From Monocercomonoides exilis PA203 (taxonomy: Eukaryota; Protista; Preaxostyla), in NCBI GenBank assembly GCA_001643675.2, contig LSRY02000017.1, positions 868,001 through 932,000 of the forward strand: a stretch of 64,000 bases of DNA, written 5' to 3'. Numbering within the stretch: position 1 is the first letter of the stretch; each line of letters opens with the position of its first letter. Positions 46,731-59,748 of this stretch are shown here, piece after piece. The translations under genes and the position numbers were made by a program. The notes beneath the pieces are model-generated. The model saw nothing but the letters and a program-made list of their open reading frames with translations, ran no database searches and was not told the DNA's origin.

Positions 46731-46890
46731 GGTGAAAATGATAAATGAATTCTACATCAAATTTTCATTCCAACATACCATAATTCACCGAAATGAAAAC
46801 AAATGATTGACAATGTTATTACTTCCTTATGATGATACATGGTGAGTTGGAATGAAAATCTTTTATAAATATTCATTTTTCATTTTCACC
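46731..46890. repeat. Imperfect inverted repeat (~50-bp arms), probable third MITE family
   Basis: GGTGAAAATGATAAATGAAT...ATTTTCATTCCAACATACCAT pairs with ATGGTGAGTTGGAATGAAAAT...ATTCATTTTTCATTTTCACC; outer limits and TSD unclear. Confidence 0.7.
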
Positions 46891-47125
46891 AGAAAATAAT
46901 ACGAAAGATATTTTTCATTAAAAAAAATTCGACGCATAGGTGATCTTTTTTGAAAACATGCTTTCATCCAAAATAAGAAAAAAATTTTTTTCCAATCAGA
47001 TTTTTTTAGATAAAAATTAGCTTCAACTGTTTGCACATTATATTTATATAATAATTTCCAGAGAATTGAAAAATTTAACAAATCACATTGAGATATCATT
47101 TTTTGTTCAGAAATTAAAAACGTTT

Positions 47126-47395
47126 GGGGGAAAAAATGAAACTTCAAGCTTTATTATTGAAAAAATTTACACTTTTTATTGACTTTTTGTGATTTTTAAA
47201 AAAATGAATAAAGTGAGTTCATTTTTTGAAAAACGAGCGAGGTCACAAAACATTATGCAATAACTTCATTAATATCTTTTTATAGATATGAGAATTTGTT
47301 TCATTTTGTAATTTGAGAAAGGTAAATCAACTTATGAGTGAAATAATTTTTATGTCCTTTGTGCAAAAAAAGCTTGAGAATCTGTATTTTCCCCG
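47126..47395. mobile_element. MITE family B, copy 4 (270 bp, diverged, TSD GTTT/ATTT)
   Basis: GAGGTCACAAAACA...TTTGTGCAAAAAAAGCTTGAGAATCTGTATTTTCCCC matches copy 2. Confidence 0.78.
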
Positions 47396-47463
47396 ATTTG
47401 TGATTTATAAAACAATCAACTTTTAAGTCGTTTGATCAAAATATTTTGTTGTGTCTTCAATTA

Positions 47464-47840
47464 CAGTTTGTGCTAAAAATACCGGACATCGCAAAAAATA
47501 CCGGACAAGATCGATATCTCAACAACCGCAAGAAGAAAAATTCTGATAATTTTCCTCAATATACATCTCGTCTACACAAACTCACGTGTTAAACCAGACT
47601 TTCAAAACAGCTTCATTCGTACTCAGAGAAAATTATTTTTAATATTTCGGAGAAACTGAATTTAAAATTTTTTAGAAATTTTCTAAATTATATTTTCTCA
47701 GCACAAATGAAGCTGTTTTGAAAGTCTTGTATGACACGTGAGTTTGTGTTGACGAGATGTATATTGAGGAAAATTATCAGAATTTTTCTTCTTGCGGTTG
47801 TTGAGATATCGATCTTGTCCGGTATTTTTTGCACAAACTG
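47464..47840. mobile_element. Tc1/mariner-type foldback MITE (377 bp, ~150-bp TIRs, TA TSD)
   Basis: TA|CAGTTTGTGC...GCACAAACTG|TA; arms nearly identical over ~150 bp. Confidence 0.92.
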
Positions 47841-48913
47841 TATCATCTCAAAACTTTAAAATTCTTATCTTCAAATTTCGGTCAATTTGTATGTTTAATT
47901 GTGATGTTTGTTCGTTTGATCATAAAGATTAATAAAAAACCTCAATGTTTTTTTAAATCCGAAATATTTAATAATCTAGACTTTTCAAAAGGAGTAACTC
48001 GTATTTAGCATTTGGCATAATGATACTTAATGGTATTAACTGAAATCGAAAAAATGCAACATGGTATGTTGGCAAATATTATATTATTGTTTTATATGCT
48101 TACGATTATGTGCAGAAATGTTATCTCATGGAATCGAAATAATTAGAAAATTCTTTATTTCAAATTATTAATGGGATATGATCAAAAAATCAAAATTGGA
48201 AAAAAAACACGTAAAACTGAGATCCGATGATGCAAAAGACATAAAAATATTTTTTTAGGATTGAGATGTTTATTAAGGAGGTGGAGATGGTGAAAATTGC
48301 TTCTGAATGCATTCTTTAGTTGAAATTCGAATTAAGACAAAATAGAAATCATTTGTTATTATCTTTTTGTCAAATACACATTTCCGCAAACTTTTATTAA
48401 CACAACATATGCTTTAAACAACAAATATAATTAGAATATCGTGATATTTGTGAAATTTGCAAAATGCCATATTGTACAATTATGCCTAACATTTTTGAAA
48501 CAAAAAAAAAAATAAAGAAAAAAATTTTTGTATATTTTTCTTATTTTTTAAATTTCTTTTTTTTAAAAAATATTTTAAAATAGAGTTCGGAATTTTAATA
48601 TCTTATTGAAAAAAACGAATATTTATTTCAACTGCAAAAATTCTCTTTTTCATAATTTTTGGTGCATAAAAATAAAAAAAATATATAAACTTGTTTGAAT
48701 GATATGAAAAAAATTGAAAAATGAATCGAAAATTCAATTTAAAACAGTTTCAGTTGGATAAAAAAACTTGTTATTGAAGATTTTTTCAAACAATCAATTT
48801 AAATTAGAATGTACAAAACAATAACATTTTGCAATATTCCTAATCAACAAAAATTCAATAATTCTTTAAAATTACTTTAAGCCTTTTAAGTGTCCATGAA
48901 ATGACGGATACAT

Positions 48914-49693
48914 TTACAATACAGTGCAGCAACCACTCTTCTTTGCCTCTTGAGGTTGATTTTTCTGAAGAACTGAGCGAGCAGCTGTTTCAAATACAGC
49001 AGACAAATTTTGCTGTGTTCTAGCAGAGCATTCAACATATGCTGTTAACCCTAAGCGTTTAACCATTTGCTCAGCCTAAATTATGAATAAGAAAAAGATA
49101 TATAAAAAATGTTTAGAAGGAAAACAAACATCTTCCTTTTGAACCAACTTAACGCCCTCTGGAGGTGCTTCTCGAAAATCTGCCTTTGTTCCCACAAGAA
49201 TAACTGGAACTCCTTTGATAAATTCTTTTATTTCAGGAATCCACTGGATTTACAATCAGAAAAAAATTATTTTATCTTAAAAAATAAAATATATTATACC
49301 TTCACTTCAATATTTTGAAAAGAAGCAGGATCAGAAATTGAAAAGCAAATAAGAAACACTTCAGTATCTGGGAAGCTGAGAGATCTTAATCTGTCGTATT
49401 CCTCTTGTCCTGCAGTATCCCAAAGTTGAAGATGCACTGTCTTTCCATCCACAACTTGTAGTGATTCATAGTTATCAAAAACAGTTGCTATATAGTCATC
49501 TGGAAATTTGTTTTGTGTGTAAGACATAAGCATGCAAGTCTTACCAACTGCACCATCTCCAATAACTACGCATTTAACATCCTGCAAAACATAAGCAGTT
49601 AGTTTGCCATTTTAATAAATTTAACAGTAAATTCATATAATAATTACAAAAAAAGAGAAACTAGTTCGTTCTACAAACCGTAACAGCAGACAT
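48914..49693 (-). CDS. Rac/Rho-family small GTPase, 4 exons, CaaX CCTVL
   Basis: [55 protein letters not shown], ...KKSGCCTVL*. Confidence 0.96.
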
Positions 49694-50046
49694 TTAATGA
49701 TCGGATATCTGAATTTCTTCAGGTCTTAAAATGGTAAAGATCAACGATTGAGACAAATATATAAATATTATTGAAACAACCTGCTTTACAAATTATTGTG
49801 TGAAGATTTTTGATCGAATAGCACATGTTCATGAAAATTTTGAAAAAAATTGGACTTGGTTATTTTTCGTTTCATATTGAGAATAACAATGAAGAATAGA
49901 AAGTGATATTATAATTTCAAAATTCAAAGTTCCTTTATTATTCTTGAAATTTTAAATAAATTTAAATTTCGTGAGATTATCATTTTAAAAATATAATTCC
50001 CCATAACAGAGATTTTATTCAATAAATTAAAAAATTTGTTGTTGCA

Positions 50047-51270
50047 ATGGCTTCAAATTTTCAAGATATTTGCACAACTTCAGAATACGTTCCAGAATTA
50101 ATGGAAACATTCTCAGAACTTGCTGAAAAGAACTCCGCAACAGCAGTTTCGATGAATCGGCAAATGAAAGATAAAGGCGAATTGATCGAAAAAGTTTGAA
50201 ATTTATAAAATGCTTTATTTGTCTTCTTAACATTTTATTAATTTCAAATTTCGAACTTTGATTTAAAAACTTTTCCTTTTATAAATTTGTTACAAAAACT
50301 TCAATCATTTTATATTAACAATTTCTTTATCAGCTTCAGAATGAAGTTCGTGATCTGAAATCATGGAGGAATGAAGAATCAGAACAGCTTTACAATATTG
50401 TTTGTAAAATATACACTTATAAAAATTAATTCCATATTATTAATGAAATCATAAATTTGACTTGATATAGGCCCAACAGCTAAATAAACAGAATACAATT
50501 GCAGAAATAACTAGTAATCTTGAGCACTCATTACGCCAAATGTTGATATGGCAAAGCAACATGGAATGTCGATTTGGCGATGCTGAATCCGCTCTGAGAG
50601 ATCTTGTCACAGTCAATGAATTAAAGCCTTCAGCATCGGACATTGAGGTGTGCAAATGACTGCTTTAATATAAAGACAATAAATGGATTTATTTGGGCAG
50701 AAATTACTCTCTCAATATGCAACAAATGATTCTTTGAAAGAGCACCTAATGTCATTTGTAACAAGATCACAAATGCAAGAAGCACTCAGTTTGAAGGTGA
50801 GCATTTCTGAGCTTGATCCGAAAGATTTTAAAGAGGAGATTGGACAAATGAAAGAGAGAAATCTCAAATTGAAAGGAAAAGCCTCAAATAACGCAGAATC
50901 AGCAGAAAATTATTCCGAGCTTCAGAAAAAATTGGATGAAAAAATTGGAAAAGAAGAGTTTCAGCAATTTTCAAAGAATTTAATCGAGAAAGAAAGTATA
51001 GAAATGGTGAAGATTGCAGAAGAAGTGATGAAAACGAACAGTGCCGTCAACAGTTTTATGAGCGAATTTAATAAAAAAGTGGAAAATGTGTGTTTCTGTG
51101 AAAAATTCATTCACTCAAATAAAAGAAGATTTTGGCTCTTGTGAATGCTATTTTTTTTTGCAACTTTCTTTTTTTTCAACATTGTGTTTATTTTGTCTTT
51201 TTCCATTTAATTTTTGAACTTGACAATATATGTGTTGTATTTTCCTTTTCAAATTATATTTTATCTTTTT

Positions 51271-51314
<44 letters not shown>

Positions 51315-54300
51315 TTCAAATTAATCTCTTTCTCATTCATTCATTCATTCATTTAATCTTTCTTTTCTCTTTCTTTCTTTCTTTCTTTCTTTTATTCTTT
51401 CTTCAACTAATCAGATTGCGAAAAATTCTGCGAAAGATGCCTCTGAACTGCGCAGAAGCATCGAAAGCAGCCAATCAGAAGAGAGAAAGAGGCTGTCTGC
51501 AATCGAAGCCCAGCAGCAAGACCTGGTCTATTTTGTCGATGTTTTAAAGGAGAAAATCCTTTCCTTTGAAGCAGAAATGACCGGAATGAGAGGAATTTTG
51601 GCTGATTTGAATGAGATGATTTCAAATGGAATGAGCATCAGACCAGACAGAAATGCCACCAGCCGCCTTGCTACTCCTCAATCCAGAAGTGCGATGATGA
51701 CGTACCAGCAGGAAACGACTAACACATTCGCTGCTTTTCCCTCTGAAGCAACAACACCTGTGCGGGGGTCGCCTTATTTGCCTGTGTCTTCTTCATCTTC
51801 ATCTCCATCTCCGTTTCCTTCTCCTTCTCCTTCTTCTCCCTCACATTCTTCTTCATCTTCTTCTTCCTCTTCCTCTTCTTCTCCTTCTGTCTCTCTCATC
51901 CAGCGCCACGACTTATTTAAGACGCTTCAGACACAGTCTCTTCAGCTGGATTCGCTTTCCTCTGCTTTCCGCTCGATTACACAGGAAGTGGATGAATTAA
52001 GGCGGATTGTGAAGAAAGCGCGCGACGGCGACGAGAAAAAAGGAGAAGAAGTCGAAAACAGAGCAAAGATCGCAGAAAGAGAGAGGAAAGAGGAAGAGGC
52101 ACGCCAGATGATGGTCAATGCCATTATGGAAGTGGAAGCAGAAAACAAGGAGATTAAACGGAAATTGAATGAATTCGCGCCGAAGGAAGCAGTTTCACAG
52201 CTGATCCAGCTGATAAAAGCAAGCGAAGCAGACAAAAGGCGAAGCAATCAAGAAAACAGCATAACGTCAGAGAGCGAAAGAGAAAACGGAACAACAATTC
52301 AAAGAAAAGAGATGGCCGAAAGAGAAGAAAAAAGAAGTATTCCATCGCCATTGGGAACGCCAGCGCCTTCACCTTCGCCTTCATCTTCACCTTCAACCGC
52401 ACCTGCTCCTTCTCCTATTTCTGACCCGGTTTCATCTTCTGCTTCATCATCATCATCACCATCATCATCGACTTCTTCTTCTTCCTTTGCAACATCACCT
52501 TCTCCGCAGAAGCCGTTTTATTTGCCAGACGTTTCAGAAACCTTCAACCGCAGGCTCCATTTGACAGAGAAGGCGATTCTGCACTTTTCAGAGAACGAAG
52601 AGAGAGATAAAAGAGAGAAAGAGAGAGAGAAAGAGAAAGAGAGAAGGAGAGAGGAAGAGAGAGAACAAGAGAAGGAAGTATTGAGGAGCCTGGAAAAGGA
52701 TGTGGTGGATTTGGCAGCGTCGCTTTTGGAGGTGGCGAAGAAGCAGACGACGATGAATGAGATTATTGACAGCGAGCTGAAGAAGAGGATAAGAATTATG
52801 AAGAAAGGAGAAAATGTGAATGTGAATATGAGTATGAATGTGAATGAGAAGGAAGAAGAAGAAGAAGAAGATGCTGATGAAGATAAAGATGAAGAAGAAA
52901 TGAAACAGAAAAGGAACAAGAGCAATAGAACAGAGGAAGAAAATGACAGAAGCAATGACGAAAACAAATGGATTGAACAGATGCGAAATGAATTGGAAAA
53001 TGAAAGAGAAGAAAGAAAGAAAGAAAATTCAGAAAGAAAGAGGGAATGGGAAGAGAAGTTGGAAATGCTGAAAGAAGAATTCCAGAAAATCAAAGAAAGA
53101 TTTGATGAGAAAGAGAAGGCAGAAAATGAGAAAAGAAAAAGTGAAGGAAAAGAAAGAGAAAGAGAAAGAGAAATAGCAAAACAGAAAGAAACAGAGAAAG
53201 AAAAAGAGAGCGAGAAAGATAACATTCTATCCAAAGTGCAATCGTTACTGGATTCACTGATGCCTTCATTTGATGCGAAGATCCAGCAGGCGATGGAAGA
53301 AGCCAAACAACAGGAAAACGGCAGAGAACAAGCGCTTTTCAATCAGATTGCAGAAGTTGAAGAGGAATGGGAAGAAAAGACAAAGGAGAAGATGAGTGAA
53401 TTAGAGGAGAAGCTGAGGGAGTGGATGGAGATGGTGGAGAAGAAGGAGAAGGAGGTTGAAGAGAAGTTGGAGAAAAGGAAGAAGATGGATGAGAAAGAGA
53501 AAGAGAAAGAGAAAGGAAAAGAGGAAGAGAAAGAAGAAGAAGAAGAAGAAGAAAGAAAAGGAAAAGAAGAAAGGAACGAACAAGAGATAAAGAAAGTGGT
53601 TGATGAAGAAATAGCAGGGAAAATGGAAGTGATTCTGGAAGACTTGATGCGAATGAAGGAGACAATGAACGAAATCAAAGGCAAAATGCAAAAGGAAGAA
53701 GAAGAAGAAGAAAGAGGAGAAAGAGGAGAAAGAGGAGAAAGAGAAGAAGAATCGAAAGAATCCAAAGAAAAAGCCTCAGAAGGCAAGCAAAGCGATGTTT
53801 CTGATAAAAGTTCAGAAAAAGCAAAGACGGAGTCGTCTTATAGAGAAAACATACGATCGTTTGAAGAGCGTGTGAATGATGTGACACAAAGACTGACAAT
53901 TTTGGAGGAGATTGTGGGGCAGCTGGTGATCACAGCTGGCGTTATAGGAGAAGAAGACGGTGAAGATGAAGAAGGGAAAGAAGAGAGAGGAAAAGGGGAA
54001 GGAGGAGAAGAAGGGGAAGGGAAAGATGCTCTTTCTGAAGAGAAAGAGAGGAGAAGGAAGGAAGAAGAAGAGCATTTTGTGATTGAGATGGAAGACTCTG
54101 AGAGAAACAATGAGGAGATGCTGAAGAGAGAAAGAGACGAAAGAGAAAGAAGAGAAGAAGAAGATTTGGAAGATTTTAAAGAAGAATTCGGGAAAGAAAG
54201 AGGGAACAAAACAGGGAAGGGCGAAAAAGAAGGCAACGAGATATTCGAAAACTGGCTAATTAGCAAAAACCGCTCTCCAATATTCCAATCAGCACTTGGC

Positions 54301-55710
54301 AAGAACACTCCTTCTTTTGCACCTCCATTGAATGCCTCTTCAGCTGCTTCTGCTTCTGCTTATGCCTCTGCCTCTTCTCATCTCTCCCACTCCACATTTT
54401 CACCGAATCCTGCTCTGATCCCGTCTTCCTTGCTTGTCGATGCCACCAATGCCTCTTTCCTCTCTTCATTCCCCAGCACTTTCAATTCAACCCCTTCGGC
54501 TCCTTCTGACTCTCTTTCCCAGTTTCCTCACTCAACCTCAGCAGAACCCTCGGCACTTTCACAGCCAGATGCCTCGCATCACTTGTCGCTCTCACAACAC
54601 CTCTCCTTCCCTCCTTCATTTCCCTTTGAACAACAACTAACACAGCCACAGTTGGCACAAAGCAGCGAAAAAATCAGAGGAAATAGGAAACAGATGGAAA
54701 ATAATGAGGAAAGAGAAGAATTTGATAGAAGGGATAAAGCAGAAGCACAACAAGAGAACAATGAGAATTCAATGGGCAAAGCAGAAGCAGTAAAAGAAAA
54801 GAAAGAAGAGAAGAAATGGAGCAACGAAAGCGACAAAGATGGCAGCAATGAACATTCAGAGTCTTGGAATCCGATTGACGAGCTGATCGACGAAGATTAC
54901 GAGATCCAGTTTGACGACAACGAAAACGAAGAAGAAGGAGGGAAAGGACAAGGAAGAGGAAAAGAAGGTGCAAGTGCAAAAAACGGATGCAGCAAGCCAG
55001 AAAACTTAGCTAGAGATGATTTTGACTTCAGCAGAGCCAGCAAAGAATACGAAATCGAGCCATCTGCTTCTTCTTTGTATCCCTCTGAGCCCAAAAACGA
55101 CGCCCAATCAGCTTCTTTGCCAGTCTCAGCGACTTTCTCTTCGTCTGACTCGCTGATGCACCGCAAAGTGCTGCAGCCGCCCCGCATCCCCATCACCGAA
55201 AGCTCGCCTGCTGCTTCTCGCTCTTCTCACCCGTCGCACCCGTCACATCCATTGCAACCATTACAACCATTGCAGTCCACACAACCATCACTTCCACAGT
55301 CAATAGCTCAATTTCCCAGACAGCAGAACAATGCGATTAGGAGTTTATCGCAATCGCCGACTTCCAAAGCGAAGAGCCAGACAGAAGAGGACTTCAGACG
55401 CAGCAGCAGAAACAGCAGCACAAACAGCAGCACAAGCAGTGGGAATGAGATGAGCAGTTTTGATGTGAATTACTCAACGCCCACACAGCAGCATCCGATT
55501 GACGGTGTTGACGTGGCTTCTGCTTCGTCGTTTCCTCCTCTTCTTTCTTCGCCTCAGAATCAGTTCAATAAGAATTCGTCTATGCCACTTTTAGCATCAC
55601 CATCGACTGCTGCTCCTTCTCTTGCCTTCATATCGGAATCTTCCTTGGTCAAGAGCAAAGCCCCAGTCTCTCCTCCTTCTGTTTCCTTAACACCCTTCAG
55701 TCACCATTAG
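50047..55710 (+). CDS. Large hypothetical coiled-coil / Glu-Lys-rich protein, multi-exon (last exon 51415-55710)
   Basis: ORFs 50683-51144 and 51577-55710 are joined in frame by intron 51088-51414; upstream exons from ATG 50047 are inferred. Confidence 0.7.
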
Positions 55711-56125
55711 AATTCTTGTATTAGCTTTTTTTCCTTAATCTCTTCTATTTGTGTATTTTATTACCTTTTGGTTGAATTGCACACGTCTTTGCTTTCAACT
55801 GAATGCTTTTCACATTTTTTTTTTAATTTTGTAAATCACCATTATCGGTATCACAATTCAATTTTCTTTGAGATTATCACGTGATGTTAGCATTATTATT
55901 CGTAATTCTGCTAAATGTTTATAAAATTATTCTCATAAACTAAAAAAGTCAAATATTTTCGAAATGATCAAAAAAGTTTTCTTTTTCTTTTTTTCAACAT
56001 TCTGAAACATCATTTTTCAATGGAATGAATTTATTTTGAAAAATATGGAATTCAATTTCCAACAAACAACTTTTTGATAAGAATCGTCATAAATAAAGAA
56101 TGGATAATTGATCATATTAATTTTT

Positions 56126-57174
56126 ATGAAACGGTCAATTGCATCAAATGATGAAATACCAGAGTATGTAGAGTTGAAAGTGCGTTTTTTATTATTACAA
56201 GCATATTGCTATTTTAAAGTTTTATTTCCTTTCACTTGCATTTTTTGTAAAAAATAATTAATTTTTATATTTCTGGGTTACATACAATTTGTCAAAATAT
56301 TCGATATCAATAAAGTTTTTTAAAAAACGCTTTTGATACAAAAGATCAAATACAATTGTGGATTGCTGAGCGTCGCCGAAGGTATCCTTCAAAAGAGAAA
56401 GTAGTTGAGCAATTGGACAGAGCAGAAAAACTTGCTCACGAATTAGCTGAGAAAAAAAGAAAGAAATTATTACTAGATGAAGAAAGAAAACGTAAAAGAT
56501 TTTCTTCGTTTGATGTGAATGATGCATCTCCAGAGACATTAAAAACTATTACAGATTCAAAAATTGGCACAGGTACAGTGACACTTTCAAGTAATCTGGA
56601 TTCTACTGGAGTAAAACAAACAGAAGATAAGCGTAATGCACGAAAACAACAACGTGGTAAAAGAAAACAAAAAGGAAAAAGAAACGAAAGATTTAAAGGA
56701 AATGGAAGAAAGCTTCATTTACCGCGAAAGCGTCCATCTCTTCTTGATAAATTAACCCAAAAGGAAAAAAACGAAGAGATATGCGCATTTATGCAATGCT
56801 TACGATACATGGTTGAAAAAGACTTTTTTAGATCAACTGAAGCAATTATTGATCAAAGTTTGACAAAAGAAACGGACAAAGTTAAAGAAAATAATGAAAT
56901 CACCGATTTCCATGAGCCCATTGAAGAACACGAAGATGAAGAATCCGAAAGTTCCAGTTCTTCAAGTCCAAGCAGCGATGAAGACGATGAAGAAGACGAT
57001 GAAGAAAGTGATGATTCAGGGGAGGATATGAGTATAAGTGAAAGCTCTTCTGATGAAAGCAGGATAAGAAATGAAGAAGAGCGGGAAGAAGGAGAACTGT
57101 CAGATGATTTTGAAGAACACAAAATGCCTCTTTTCGATGATCAACAATTAATTACAGAAGAAGAAAAAGGTTGA
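56126..57174 (+). CDS. NUFIP1/Rsa1-like box C/D snoRNP assembly factor (start exon tentative)
   Basis: WIAERRRRYPS and RKRPSLLDKL....E....MQCLRYMVEKDFF match the two conserved NUFIP1/Rsa1 motifs. Confidence 0.75.
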
Positions 57175-57662
57175 TTACATCATGAACAATTCGATATGCA
57201 TGGAATTGAAAGATGAATAAACGAAAGAACAACACTTCACGATCTTCTGCAAAAAGCAGTTACACTTCATGAAAATTAATAATTTTGCGTTTATTAATAC
57301 TCCACATTCTTGAAGAAATTTTCGTATTGTGGATTCTTTCTCCTTTTTGACACGTTTGAATAAGTCTTTAAGTACTTTTTTTGGAGATAATGTTCAAATT
57401 GTTGCTGTAGTGAAAGAATTAACATCTCCATTTCATTTTGATAATGCCATGAGATTTCATCAATGTTTTGAAAAAACCTTGACATTATTTTTTTTTTAAC
57501 ATTCATTGCGAATTGACAAACAATCGAAAAATATCAAAACAGTCTCATGAAATGTATATAAATAGACAGAATAATATATTTTTTTTATAAAAAAGTGTCA
57601 ATTAGTATAAAAATAAATCTTTTGTTATCTTCAATTCTAATTTCGTACATTTCAACACATTT

Positions 57663-59462
<1,800 letters not shown>

Positions 59463-59748
59463 TTAAACCATTTCATCATTTATTATTTTTCCAAAGGAAA
59501 TATTTTATTTTCTTTATCGCAGTTGAAAAAAGAACTCATAAAAAATCATAGACATAATGCTAAAAAGCAAACGAAAAACTAAATATACATTTTTGATTTC
59601 TTGAAAATAAAATCCAACAACTATGTAGCAAAAACATACAACCAAAATGAATTCATGTTCAAAATAATCATCAAAAAGCAAATAACAATTATTTACCGCA
59701 GCAAAATGAATATCATTCAAGGTGCAACAATAACACAAAAACCGATTT

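Noticed and set aside
47850-48900. Possible coding relic in the AT-rich spacer
   Set aside because: No ORF or motif could be supported
51265-51400. (TTTC)n/(TTCA)n tracts, also (ATAG)n near 42810 and (GTTT)n near 31665
   Set aside because: Ordinary intronic or intergenic microsatellites
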